The position numbers were made by a program, and so were the translations under genes. A stretch of 63,177 nucleotides of DNA, the filler included, from Octopus bimaculoides (Eukaryota): the NCBI RefSeq assembly GCF_001194135.2. It is 5 parts of 4 records of this genome, joined end to end, with 100 filler letters (N's around TTAATTAATTAA, not from the genome) between each part and the next. Parts side by side here need not be neighbours in the genome. Positions count along the whole stretch, not along the records: positions 1 to 19,634 come from NC_068993.1; 4 more parts are not named here. One strand, 5' to 3'. The notes beneath the pieces are model-generated. The model made no database searches, was not told the DNA's origin, and saw only the letters and a list, made by a program, of their open reading frames with translations. Within the stretch, counting starts at the first letter, position 1. Each line of letters opens with the position of its first letter. Positions 1 through 12,179 of the stretch are shown here, piece by piece.

Positions 1-210
1 ATGTGTGTATAAGTTTGTGTGTCTGTGTTTGTCCCCCAACATCGCTTGACAACTGATGCTGGTGTGTTTACGTCCCCGTAACTTAGCGCTTCGGCAAAAG
101 AGACCAATAGAATAAGTACTAGGCTTACAAAGAATAAGTCCTGGGGTCTATTTCTTCGGCTAAAGGCGGTGCTCCAGCATGATCACAGTCAAATGACTGA
201 AACAAGAGTA
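1..210 (+). mobile_element. SINE family A, 3' half
   Basis: Matches the 3' half of the full copy at 47475-47887 (gacaac..gatgctggtgtgtttacgtccccgtaacttagc...gctccagcatg...aaatgactgaaacaag). Confidence 0.85.
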
Positions 211-488
211 TATACACACTCACATACATATATGGAATTATATATACATGCCTGGATAAATCTATGCTTCATCATGTGTGTGTGTGTGTGCGTGTCATTG
301 TGTGTTTGTATGTATGTATACATACTTAAATACATACTCACATGAATAAGTATATATATATATATATACATATATAGATATATACATACATACACATGAA
401 TATATTGATGCATAATGAAGTACAGGTAAACATACATGTATACATAATGACACCTGCCCCGGTGTGTGTGTGTGTGTATATATTACAT

Positions 489-823
489 ATTCTTTTATTC
501 TTTTACTTGTTTTAGTCATTTGACTGCGACCATGCTGGAGCGCCGTCTTTAGTTGACTAAATCATCCCCAGGACTTATTCTTTGTAAGCCCTAATTCTAT
601 TGGTCCCCTTTGCCGAACTGCCAAGTTACGGGTGTGTTTTAAACACACTAGCATCAGTTTTGAATACACACAAACAGGTACATATACGACGGGCTTCTTT
701 TAGTTTCCATCTACCAAATCCACTTACAAGGCTTTGGTCAGCCTGAGGCAATAGTAGAAGACACTTGCTAAAGGTGCTATGTAGTGGGACTGAACCAGGA
801 ACCATGTGGTTGGGAAGCAAGCT
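489..823 (-). mobile_element. SINE family A, near full length
   Basis: Reverse complement of the tail, internal CA/TA tract and tRNA-like head seen at 47475-47887. Confidence 0.85.
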
Positions 824-2061
824 GGATGTATACACTCACACTTCCTTATATGCTGATTGTGTTTTAGATTACTTTATTAGAAAAATACATTGTTTGTTGT
901 TTGAGGGGAGGGGTGGTGGTAGAAGTAGTAGTTGGGCATTGAACTATTTGTGTTTCCCCCTCTCGCTCTCCCTCCCCCCACCGCTAAACTGGGGGACAGA
1001 TTAATACTGTCCCCTTTAGTACTCTTAACCCCTACCCCTTATGTCTTTGTAAGAGGGACCCAGAAATCCTTCATAGTGAATGAGACAGAGAGAGACATCT
1101 GGTGATGAAATAGAATACCTAAAGAAAGANNNNNNNNNNNNNNNNNNNNNNNNNNNNNNNNNNNNNNNNNNNNNNNNNNNNNNNNNNNNNNNNNNNNNNN
1201 NNNNNNNNNNNNNNNNNNNNNNNNNNNNNNNNNNNNNNNNNNNNNNNNNNNNNNNNNNNNNNNNNNNNNNNNNNNNNNNNNNNNNNNNNNNNNNNNNNNN
1301 NNNNNNNNNNNNNNNNNNNNNNNNNNNNNNNNNNNNNNNNNNNNNNNNNNNNNNNNNNNNNNNNNNNNNNNNNNNNNNNNNNNNNNNNNNNNNNNNNNNN
1401 NNNNNNNNNNNNNNNNNNNNNNNNNNNNNNNNNNNNNNNNNNNNNNNNNNNNNNNNNNNNNNNNNNNNNNNNNNNNNNNNNNNNNNNNNNNNNNNNNNNN
1501 NNNNNNNNNNNNNNNNNNNNNNNNNNNNNNNNNNNNNNNNNNNNNNNNNNNNNNNNNNNNNNNNNNNNNNNNNNNNNNNNNNNNNNNNNNNNNNNNNNNN
1601 NNNNNNNNNNNNNNNNNNNNNNNNNNNNNNNNNNNNNNNNNNNNNNNNNNNNNNNNNNNNNNNNNNNNNNNNNNNNNNNNNNNNNNNNNNNNNNNNNNNN
1701 NNNNNNNNNNNNNNNNNNNNNNNNNNNNNNNNNNNNNNNNNNNNNNNNNNNNNNNNNNNNNNNNNNNNNNNNNNNNNNNNNNNNNNNNNNNNNNNNNNNN
1801 NNNNNNNNNNNNNNNNNNNNNNNNNNNNNNNNNNNNNNNNNNNNNNNNNNNNNNNNNNNNNNNNNNNNNNNNNNNNNNNNNNNNNNNNNNNNNNNNNNNN
1901 NNNNNNNNNNNNNNNNNNNNNNNNNNNNNNNNNNNNNNNCCCCACCCAACTCTCTCTTTTGTCAGTCATGTGTGTCCATGTATGCATATGTAAATGTGTA
2001 TGTACATACACATGTGTGTATGTGTATATATATATATGTGTGTGTGTGTGTGTTTATAAGC

Positions 2062-2290
2062 ACACCTGTCATTATCTAACATCCTGTTTAGCATGGTTTC
2101 TACACCTGGATACCTTTCCTGATGCCATCCGCTTAACAGAGCGTACTGGGTGCTTTTTGTGTGGCACCAGAACCAACAGGGTCACCAAGTTACCTGCAAC
2201 ACTGAGATCCTTCAACTGGGAAGGGAACTGGTATATTGAGGGAGGTGGCTTTGTGCCAGGTGATGCGAAGGTAAACTATGATAGAGGGAC
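2062..2290 (-). mobile_element. Family F repeat (RTE-type LINE/SINE 3' tail), diverged
   Basis: gtttcta.a.ctggat.cc.ttcct.atgcca....gggtgctttt motif shared with 2422-2620, 3995-4280 and 10510-10690. Strand is set relative to the (GAT)n tail of the 3995-4280 copy. Confidence 0.55.
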
Positions 2291-2291
2291 A

Positions 2292-2420
2292 TCCTCCTCT
2301 TCCTCGCCCTCCTCTTCCTCGTCCTCCTCTTCCTCGCCCTCCTCTTCCTCGTCCTCCTCTTCCTCGCCCTCCTCTTCCTCGCCCTCCTCTTCCTCGCCCT
2401 CCTCTTCCTCGCCCTCCTCC
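2292..2420. repeat. 15-bp pyrimidine minisatellite (t/c)cctcctcttcctcg, about 8 units
   Basis: Tandem units are directly visible. Confidence 0.9.
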
Positions 2421-2421
2421 T

Positions 2422-2620
2422 CCTCATCATCACTGAACATCCATTTTCCCTGCTGGCATGTTTTGGATGGTTTAACAGGAATGATACGTCGGAGGGTTGC
2501 ACTGGGCCCCAGTCATCCATTCTGGCTTGGTTTCTATGGCTGGACGCCCTTTCTAATGCCAGTCCACTTTGCAAAGTGGACTAGGTGCTTTTTACGTGGC
2601 ACCAGCACATGTGTTTGATT
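2422..2620 (-). mobile_element. Family F repeat (RTE-type tail)
   Basis: catcatcactgaacatccattttccctgctggcatg...ggtgctttttacgtggcaccagcac is the reverse complement of 4100-4280. Confidence 0.7.
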
Positions 2621-2689
2621 CTCCTTAGTTTGACGTGTCTTCTCAAGCACCACAAATCGCCAGAAGACTCTGTCGATTCTGATCTCCAA

Positions 2690-2837
2690 GCGTGTAACTG
2701 GTCCTAATTTCATTGACCCCCTGAAAGGATGAAAGGCTAAGTCGACCTCAGTGGGATTTGATCTCAGAATGTAGCAACGGGTGGAATACCGCTAAGCATT
2801 TCATCCAACATCCTAACAATTCAGCCAGCTCACCCCC

Positions 2838-2875
<38 letters not shown>
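2690..2875 (-). mobile_element. SINE family B with adjacent (AAT)n
   Basis: gaaaggatgaaaggc.aagtcgacctc....gatttga.ctcagaa core shared with 36585-36805. Confidence 0.8.
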
Positions 2876-3489
2876 TGATGGGTTTATTGGGCTTCATATA
2901 TTTGTACCCCAGTGTTACGTTGATGGCATGCACTGCTCTCTCACTCAATAATAATAATATGATGATAAATTTTTTTTAAGCTAAAAAGCAAACAATATAA
3001 ATCTATTGCCATCATCAATTAAGCTTTTTTGGTCGGTTCTTTTACCGTTCTTTCACTCTTGAAGTGAAGGTGAGAAAATGGATTAAATTATGATGAATGT
3101 GTAAAGTAGGCATCATTACTTTCTTCATATACAGAATTTAGCTGGTCAAAGAATCACATTGTTCTAAAACATCATCATCATCATCATCATCATTTATTCA
3201 GTGTCTATGTTTCTATGCTTGGTTGGGTTCAGACGAGACTTTGTTGAGGCAGAATGTTTTAATAGCAGAATACCATTCTTGATGCTAATTCTCACCTGTT
3301 TCCAAGCAAGATAATAATTTGTTCAGTCTATCAAATAATGGACAGCTCAGACTTGCCATTGGAGGATGCTGTAAAAGAGCTGTGCCATTTGTATAAATGG
3401 TGGTGCTTTGCCTACAATAAGCGCTCACAATTAAGGTACACATGGTGCAGTAACAATTCTGCCAGCTCACCACCTTAATAATAATAATA

Positions 3490-3600
3490 ATAATGGCAGA
3501 CGATATGTGCATCTCTGATCACGTGCAGAAGTAGTCGGGGAGCATCATAGCCATGTGTTGAAAGAAATTCTGTAGGGTTTGGATAATTCACCTCTGGAAA
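3490..3600 (+). mobile_element. Family E repeat fragment
   Basis: gacgatatgtgcatctctgatcacg..cagaagtag...gccatgtgttga..ggtttggataattcacct matches 50590-50690 and the reverse complement of 25290-25400. Confidence 0.7.
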
Positions 3601-3832
3601 TTGTGAGATCGTGGTTTCAATTCCTAGACTGGGTGGTATACTGTGTTCTTAAGCAAAACACTTCATCTCATGTCACGATGCAATCACCTTGACACCTGGC
3701 ATGTGGCACACAGTGCACCTGTTCAGACAACAATTTGATGGAGGGAGTGAAACAATGTGCAGCCCCTACATTTGATCACTATAAACAAATCATCTGTGCG
3801 GGTCATTTAGGCAAAAAGCTGAACGCTCATAT

Positions 3833-3994
3833 GACAGGCTTCTTTCGGTTTCCGTCTACCAAATCCACTCACAAGGCTTTGGTTGGTGCGAGGCTATAGT
3901 AGAAGACACTTGCCCAAGATGCCATGCAATGAGACTGAACCCGGAATCAAGTGGTTGGGAAGCAAGCTTCTTACCACACAGCTACTCCTGTGCC
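3833..3994 (-). mobile_element. SINE family A head half
   Basis: ctttcggtttccgtctaccaaatccactcacaaggc...actgaacccggaatc...ttaccacacagc. Confidence 0.85.
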
Positions 3995-4280
3995 CTGACC
4001 ATGGTCAGTGCCAGTGCCGCCTCACTGGCTCCCATGCCAGTGGCGTGTAAAAGGCACCATCAGAACATGGTTGATGCCAGTGCCACCTGACTGGTTCCCG
4101 TGCTGATGGCATATAAAAAGCACCCATTATACTCTCGGAGTGGTTGGCATTAAGAAGGGCATCCAGCTGTAGAAACCTTACCAAATCAGATTGGAGCCTG
4201 GTGCAGCCTACTGACTTGCGAGTCCTCAGTCAACCCGTCCAACCCATACCAGCATGGAAAGCAGATGTTAAACGATGATA
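3995..4280 (+). mobile_element. Family F repeat (RTE-type tail)
   Basis: aagaagggcatccagctgtagaaacc...ccaacccataccagcatggaaagcagatgttaaacgatga; the end resembles RTE-clade 3' tails. Confidence 0.7.
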
Positions 4281-4599
4281 CATATATATGTATGTATGTA
4301 TGTATCTGTTAATAATAATGATGTTGTCAGTAATTATGATGCTTATAACAATAGTAATGATATCTGTAACGCCAAGAATGATGATATTAATGATAATAAT
4401 CAACAATAATAATGATATTGATGACAGCAGGAACTTCAATAATGATAGCTATGATTATAATCTACAACAATGATGATGATGATGATGATAGTAAGATCAA
4501 TAATGTTGAGAATAAAAATAATGTCAATAATGAGATAATTATGTCACTAATTTAACGAAGATAATGGTAAATAGATAAATAAATAAAATGATGATGATG

Positions 4600-5155
4600 A
4601 TGATGATAATGGTTTCAAATTTTGGCACAAGGCCAGTACTTTTGGGAGAGTGGGTAAGTAGATTATATTGACCCCTATGTTCAACTGGGGTCAGTGTAAA
4701 TTTGTCCAGCGTGTTGGTGATTCTCCCAGCTGGTCACCCTTATAATAATAATAATAATAATAATGATAATAATACTTTCTACTATAGGCACAAGGCCTGA
4801 AATTTAAGGGAGAGAACTCGTCGATTACATCAACCTAGTACTCAACTGGTACTTAATTTATTGAACTCAGAACATAGCATTTTGTCCAGCACGCTAACGA
4901 TGATAATAATAATAATAATAATAATGATAATGGTTTTGAATTTTGCCACAAGGGCAGCCATTTCAAAGAATGGGATGAGTCGATTCCATCAACCCCAGTG
5001 TTCAACTGGTACTTGTTTTATCAACCCTGAAAGGATGAAAGGCAAATCTGACCTCGGCAGAATTTGAACTCAGAACATAGCGGCAGACAAAATACCACTA
5101 AGCATTTTGTCCTACTTGCTAACTTTTCCAACTTGCCACCTTGATGATGATGATG

Positions 5156-5191
<36 letters not shown>

Positions 5192-5410
5192 TTTTCGAAT
5201 TTTGACACAAGGCTAGTAGTTTCAGGGAAGGATGTAAGTTGATTACATGAACCCACCCAGTATATAACTGGTACTTATGTTATCAACCCCAAAAGGATGA
5301 AAGGCCAAAATGACCTTGGTGGAATTTGAAAAGGATGGATAAAATACCACTATGAATTTGGTTTTGGCATGTCAGCGATTCTACCGTGGCACTTTCTGCC
5401 ACTTCTTCGA
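4600..5410 (-). mobile_element. Four consecutive SINE family B copies separated by (AAT)n/(GAT)n
   Basis: Each unit starts with tttcaaattttggcacaagg or ttctactataggcacaagg (about 4612, 4775, 4930, 5190) and carries caactggtactt. Confidence 0.85.
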
Positions 5411-5878
5411 CTGTTGAGAAATGGGTCAAGTTGGAACTGACCTCCATTATTTGACCTATATGTCAGTGCCTGGAAAAAATTAAAATGTAATTTAAATTTG
5501 ACCTAGCTGGGATCAGAATTCAGATATTAACGAAGTGTATAGTCATTTCAAAAATTGGTTTATAAGCAGATTGTGTGTGTATGTGTGTGTTGTTTGTGAT
5601 TAATACTGTCTAAACTTCATTATTCATTACAAAGAAACTAAGAGGAAAAACATTTCTGTGTGTGTGTGTGTGTGTCCGTGTGTGTCCGATGACGGCTTAG
5701 CTGGTCAAGACTTTGAAATCACTGTCAATGATATTCTCGTTTAAGAATGATAAATTTGTACTCAACAAAAGTATAGAATTATCCATCAGATTAATGTAAA
5801 AGCGTTTAAACTGTTTTACTATAAGTGAACAAAAACAAACAAACATGAACATATAAATATAATATATATATATGTATC

Positions 5879-5914
<36 letters not shown>

Positions 5915-5926
5915 CACACACACACA

Positions 5927-6211
5927 TTCTTTTGTTTCAGTCACTTGACTGCGGCCATGCTGGAGCACCATCTTTTAGTCGAACAAATCGACCCTAGAAC
6001 TTATTCTTTGTAAGCCTAGTACTTATTATATCGGTCTCTTTGCCGAATCGCTAAGTTACAGGAACGTGAACACACCAGCATTGGTTGTCAAGTGATGTTG
6101 GGGGGACAAACACAGACACACAAACATACACATGTATTATATGGGCTTCTTCTAGTTTCCTCGACCAGATTCACTCACAAGGCCCGAGACTATAGTAGAA
6201 GACACTTGCCA
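5927..6211 (-). mobile_element. SINE family A, cut by an assembly gap
   Basis: gtttcagtcacttgactgcggccatgctggagcacc...agtagaagacacttgcc. Confidence 0.85.
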
Positions 6212-7170
6212 NNNNNNNNNNNNNNNNNNNNNNNNNNNNNNNNNNNNNNNNNNNNNNNNNNNNNNNNNNNNNNNNNNNNNNNNNNNNNNNNNNNNNNNNN
6301 NNNNNNNNNNNNNNNNNNNNNNNNNNNNNNNNNNNNNNNNNNNNNNNNNNNNNNNNNNNNNNNNNNNNNNNNNNNNNNNNNNNNNNNNNNNATATATATA
6401 TATATATATATACTTGCAACTAACATATGCTCGCATACACACAAACACACATATGCACACACATGTACATAAACACATTTTAATTAATTTTGGTTGAATT
6501 AAAAACTAATTATGTATCTGTATTTGAGTTGATATATGTTGATGTGGTTCTTAATGGATAACATGTATACATATAAATAAAAAAAATGTCTACCATATTC
6601 AAGATTCAGGAATGTGCATAGATGCTTACATGTATGTATAATATGTATACCTATATGCACACACACACACACACATGCGTATATGTACATGCATGTATAA
6701 TATATATATATATATTATATATATATATATATATTATATACACACCTACACACTTGTGTACATGTATGTATATATAATGGTTTGGTTAATCATTTCACCC
6801 TTGACAGGGTATTGAATAACACTTTATATAAATTAAATAAAAAATAAATTATTTTAATTACACGTTGACATATCACACACCCAGACCCTGCTTTGTATAT
6901 ATANNNNNNNNNNNNNNNNNNNNNNNNNNNNNNNNNNNNNNNNNNNNNNNNNNNNNNNNNNNNNNNNNNNNNNNNNNNNNNNNNNNNNNNNNNNNNNNNN
7001 NNNNNNNNNNNNNNNNNNNNNNNATATACATAAATAGATGGTGGAAGAAGAAGAAGAAGAAAGTCTAAATGTAATGAAAGAATTTTAATTGAAAACAAAC
7101 TAGTCAATGTGTGTTTGTTAATGACCGAGGCAAGTTGAGTCTCATACGATATTCTGTTTGTCTTACATTA

Positions 7171-7209
<39 letters not shown>

Positions 7210-7643
7210 ACGTATACACACACATGTATCAATATTTCTGACGTATTTCACTCCCTTACCTTTTGATGTGAGTCTCCATCTTTTTACTTACTCTGCCAAT
7301 GTGTCATCAACTTTGCCTTTTCCTTGGAATGTCAATGGGGGTGGAAGTTATTGAATTAATTAAACAGTAATTTATTGGTTCAGTTATACAGGGGTATCTA
7401 CAGATACCCTTATGCTTATGAATCCAATATGTATATGTGTGTATTTACAAATATGTATACGTGAGTGTTTACATGTATATACATATGTATAGCTGTGTGT
7501 GTGTAAGTGCGTGTGGCTTGGCTTCATGCTGTTGCTTGATGGCGCTGGGGTCATTCTAAGTTAGTAGTCCCAGAGGCTGACCAGGTTCATCAGTGCTCTC
7601 CATTGCTGATGGTCCTGGTGCCAGCCCTCTGCATCCTCCAAGG

Positions 7644-7832
7644 CAGGGGGTCACAAAACATTTTAGACCATCGACCCCTTCATGGAATTCTTGACCCTGC
7701 CCCATCAAGCCCCAGGCATGTACAAGAAAGTAAATAAATAATAATAATAAAAATGTGCAGTTTCAGGCATTTGTCGACCCTTTGAATAGTCTCGACACCC
7801 AGGGGTTGATATCAACCACTGTGGAGACCCTG
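7644..7832. mobile_element. hAT-type MITE, 189 bp
   Basis: Perfect 8-bp TSD CTCCAAGG (7636-7643, 7833-7840). Termini CAGGGGGTC... and ...GAGACCCTG resemble hAT/Charlie TIRs. Confidence 0.85.
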
Positions 7833-7922
7833 CTCCAAGGTGATGTCAAATCTCTGGGGAGATCTTCCCCAATCACATCCAGCCATCTGGGGTGTGTATT
7901 TGTGTGCATACGTGCACATATG

Positions 7923-7956
<34 letters not shown>

Positions 7957-8565
7957 GACACGCACTCATACCGTGGTACTACAGACTAAAAGTGGGGTGC
8001 ATTGGTCCAATGAAGCCGATTGTATTCCAAACCATCATCATCATTTTCAACTGTAGTAACATGCCATCACAATCCCCTTTCCCCTTCTGACCTGCTTGTT
8101 GCAGCTTTTATCAGGGATTGATTCTGGTCTTATGATTGGCTGATTAACGTTTTTGTGCCCCATATTTCTGTGGAAATACACTAAGGTTAGTTTCAATTTA
8201 TCTTGGAAATAATAAAGAATTTAATAAGATAACTTTATCATTGTTATTTTTGGACCATAAATTAACACATTTTCATGGAAGGTTTCAACTTAGATTGCTT
8301 TAAAAAAAACCCCAAGTCTGTATCATAGAACCATGGGGCAGTCTCAGATGAGTTACTGAGTTAGAGAATTCTTAGACTGATAGTCATCCAATATTTTGGT
8401 CTTTTTTCTTACCAAATCTCTTCTGAAATACGTTGCTGTTGATTCAATTCATTTTGAAAACAAATGAAGAATTTACCAACGTAAACTCTATCATTAGTGA
8501 GTGGCTTGGTGTTTTGGAACAGAAAATAACATGGAATTTCATGGAGGATTATGATTTAAATCACT

Positions 8566-8780
8566 TTAACCCTTTAGCATTCAGATTACTCTAATCAGAT
8601 GTAAAGCTTATCTATTTGTATCGTTTTGAATTAATCCGTTTTGAGATTTCGATGATGTGATTGTTTATTTTTAGAATGATATTGTAAAGTAGGTGTGAGA
8701 GGCTGGATCTGGCTAGTTTGGACATAAGACAGGTGAAACTTTTTGTTCAGACATGGCCAGTTTAAATACTAAAGGGTTAA
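8566..8780. mobile_element. TTAA-flanked MITE (piggyBac-like)
   Basis: TTAA-CCCTTTAGCA ... TACTAAAGGG-TTAA termini. A second copy lies at about 9135-9332 and a fragment at about 21096-21135. Confidence 0.8.
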
Positions 8781-8869
8781 AACAGGGAATTTGTATTGTA
8801 AAGTCATGGGTCTGTCTTAGGTGAGTTACAGAACACATAAACTGACAAGAATTTTGCAATATTTTAACT

Positions 8870-8985
8870 CTTGTTTCCACTTTCAGGGTTGATAAATTAA
8901 GTACCAGTTGTGTATTGGGGTCGATCTAATCGACTGGAACCCTCCTCAAAAATTCCGGGCCTTGTGCCTAGGGTAGAAAAGAATG
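8870..8985 (+). mobile_element. SINE family B, 3' part
   Basis: gttgataaattaagtaccagttg..tattggggtcgatctaatcgact...gggccttgtgcctagggtagaaaag. Confidence 0.8.
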
Positions 8986-9934
8986 TTTTAACTCTTTTGT
9001 AACCATATTTTTATTAAAATGAACCATCTTTGTTCCAGTTTATTTTTGAAAATAATAGACTTCAGTAAAATAACTTGGTCATTATTAAGAAGCATTTTGA
9101 GCATAAATTAATAAGATAGTTTGATGGAAGGCTCAACACTTTAGGCATTCAGATTGTTCTGTCAAATGTTATGCTTATTCATTCATGTTTTTTTTTTATT
9201 AATCATGCATTATCTTGTAGCTTTGAGATTTCAGTGACTTGATGATTTATGAATGACACTGTAGGGTAGGAGAGGCCATGATAGGCAAAATATTTGGGCC
9301 AAATATGGCCAGTTCATATGCTAAATGGTTAAGTTTAGGCAGCTTTAAAATATGAACTATCACAGAATGAGGGACTGTTTTAGGTGGTTGGCCTCAAAAG
9401 AGTTGAGCTTTGGCTAACAGAAAGGGATTGGAGTCCACAAGCCAGATTTGAACTCAGTATACAAGTAACATGAGACATCATGTCTGATGCCAATCCACAC
9501 TTTTGGAACGGTTGGTCTCTTATTTATTATCTCACCATTTTATCAGTCCCTGAAATGATGGAAATTATAAAATTGCCTGCAGTTAGATTTGAACTCAGAA
9601 ACATTAATGTAAAAGACCATTTGCCTCAAGAAAATATATTTGATGTTCTGATGGCCATAGTGATTTGTCACGATTGGGACTCTGCAGGATATTATTGGTA
9701 CTTTTAAAAATTATTGACTTCAGGTATTTAAAAGGAATTGCAGGAGAGCTTGGCCGTCATCACAACAGACATTATTGCAGCTGCTGCTGTCACTACTACT
9801 ACTACTACTACTACTACTATCATCACCACCACCACTACTACTACCCTGACAATTACAACTTCTACTACAACCAATACCATGCAGACCGTCCCACCACATC
9901 TACAGTTATTAACACTACCACCAGTAGTGTTAAT

Positions 9935-10290
9935 AATTAACCAGCCGAAATTGCAAAGATAATCTGGAACTTGACTGAGGAAAGAAAACTCTGAATGACC
10001 CATCCCTATTTTTTCTTGTCCCATTTTTGTATCATCTGTCTAGATGTTTTGTGTCCTTGTCCCATTTTTTGTATTCCTTTATATATATATCTATATGTAT
10101 GTATGTATGTATGTATGTATAAAGGAAAAAATGTATAACCAAATGATGTAATGTATTCTGAGTGTAAAAACGAACGGGAGACAAACGGAAGGTTCGTAAA
10201 GCTCTTTGACAAAACCCTGTTCTGCCCTCCACTTGTCTCATACTTTAGCCCCCTCATCCCTTACTACGAAGCTGACCCTCAGGTTTCATA
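9935..10290. mobile_element. Dispersed repeat family H
   Basis: taaccagccgaaattgcaaagataatctggaact.gactgagga.agaaaactc.gaatgaccc is near-identical at 52177-52290. Confidence 0.75.
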
Positions 10291-10302
10291 GCCTTGTCAG
10301 TT

Positions 10303-10470
10303 GTGGAGGCACGTGGCTTTAGTGTTTAGGGACCAAAACGCTTCATTTCACGTTCCTTTAGTCCACTCAGCTGGCAAAAATGAGCAATCCTTTAACTGAC
10401 TGGCATTCTGTCCAGGTGGGGAGTATTTATGCCATGGAAACCGGGAAACTGTGGGTCGGCATGACTCGAA
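10303..10470 (+). mobile_element. SINE family D (tRNA head, MIR/CORE-like body)
   Basis: gtggaggcacgtggctttagtg...agtccactcagctggcaaaaatgag...tatgccatggaaaccgggaaac matches 24478-24690. Confidence 0.75.
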
Positions 10471-10712
10471 GAGGTCACTTGACCATTACTGTTTACCTTG
10501 TGGCTTGCACAGTGAATTCGATTGTGCTGTTGGCATGGAAAAAAGCATCCTGTATTTGCTGTAAAGTAGTTGGTATTTAGAAAGGGTATCCAGCTATAGA
10601 AACTGTGCCAAAACTGACTTTCGAGCATGGTGCTGTCCTTGGGGCCCATCGTATCCTGTCTAACCATCCAACCCATGGAAGCCAGACATGAAATAAGGAT
10701 GACATATATATT

Positions 10713-11350
10713 CTTTTGTTTCTTTTACTTGTTTCAGTCATTTAACTGTGACCATGCTGGAGCATTGCCTTTAGTCCATTTTTTATATTATAGTGCATTG
10801 TTGTACCATTCAAAACTTTTTTATTCTTTATACACACGCACACACACATATATACGATGGGTTTCTCTCAGTTTCCATCTACCAAACCCATTCCCAAGGC
10901 TTTGGTTATTCTGTGGCTATAACAGAAGATACACTGCCCAAGGTGCCACGCATTGGGACTGAACCCAGAACCATGTGGTTGGGAAGCAAGCTTCTTACCG
11001 CACAGCTACTCATGGACACTGCCACCATAGTGATGTCCATTTGTTCAGCTAATGATGGGAATGCACATATATTATGATGGGCTTCTTTCAGTTTCCATCA
11101 TATATCCTCTCACAAAGGCTTTGTTTGGGTCCAGGGCTATAGTAGAAAGTATCTTGTGCACAAACACATGCACACACCCATATGTATAATGGGCTTCTTT
11201 CAGTTTCCATCATACATCTCACAAAGGCTTTGTTCGAGCCCAGGGCTATCGCAGAAAAAAACATCTGCCCAAGTTTCCATGCAGTGGGACTGAACCAAGA
11301 ACCATGTGGTTGGCATTGGGACACGAAATTCATACCATGCAGCCACACTT
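10713..11350 (-). mobile_element. SINE family A: truncated tail plus three consecutive head fragments
   Basis: Heads begin gatggg..tct.tcagtttccatc at about 10856, 11076 and 11189. Confidence 0.8.
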
Positions 11351-12073
11351 GCATCTGTTATATATACGCGAAATCACTTTGACTTAAAACTTGCATAATC
11401 ACATGCATACAAGCGCATGCTTAGCAGAATCACCCAGGCATATACGCACGCATTCACATATACATATAAGCACATGAATTATTTATGTGCAACGCGTGTT
11501 GTGTGCGCGCGTGCTTTTATCTTAAATATTTTCTATCAAGGAAAATGCCACGTGATGAAACAAATAAATAAATAAAATCTAAATAAAAGAAAAAGAAATA
11601 ATGGTAATGAAGAAGAAACCAAACAAACTAATAAATGGTTAATTAACTATTTAATTAATTAAAATATAAATCAATGTAAATATTAAATTTGGTAAAAAGA
11701 AAAACAAAAAAACTCAAAACCTTTCAAAACCCTAGAATTTCTAGCAATCAAGAATTACGTTACTTAATCACACCTTNNNNNNNNNNNNNNNNNNNNNNNN
11801 NNNNNNNNNNNNNNNNNNNNNNNNNNNNNNNNNNNNNNNNNNNNNNNNNNNNNNNNNNNNNNNNNNNNNNNNNNNNNNNNNNNNNNNNNNNNNNNNNNNN
11901 NNNNNNNNNNNNNNNNNNNNNNNNNNNNNNNNNNNNNNNNNNNNNNNNNNNNNNNNNNNNNNNNNNNNNNNNNNNNNNNNNNNNNNNNNNNNNNNNNNNN
12001 NNNNNNNNNNNNNNNNNNNNNNNNNNNNNNNNNNNNNNNNNNNNNNNNATTTTTAACATGTGTGCATGAACAC

Positions 12074-12109
<36 letters not shown>

Positions 12110-12128
12110 TTTTCTGTCTGTCTGTCTG

Positions 12129-12179
<51 letters not shown>

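Larger units (their letters stand above)
8140..9420. mobile_element. Cluster of three degenerate copies of one AT-rich repeat; two are interrupted by TTAA MITEs
   Basis: The aattaaca..ttt.atggaagg...ttta...gt.t.ag...g motif recurs at about 8260, 8525 and 9105. Confidence 0.5.

Noticed and set aside
1025-2618. Long ORFs in the track (328, 512, 276 aa), and similar ones at 6.1-6.5, 31.0-31.6, 35.0-35.9, 52.5-53.2 and 55.0-55.8 kb
   Set aside because: They are open only because they run through N gaps and simple repeats.
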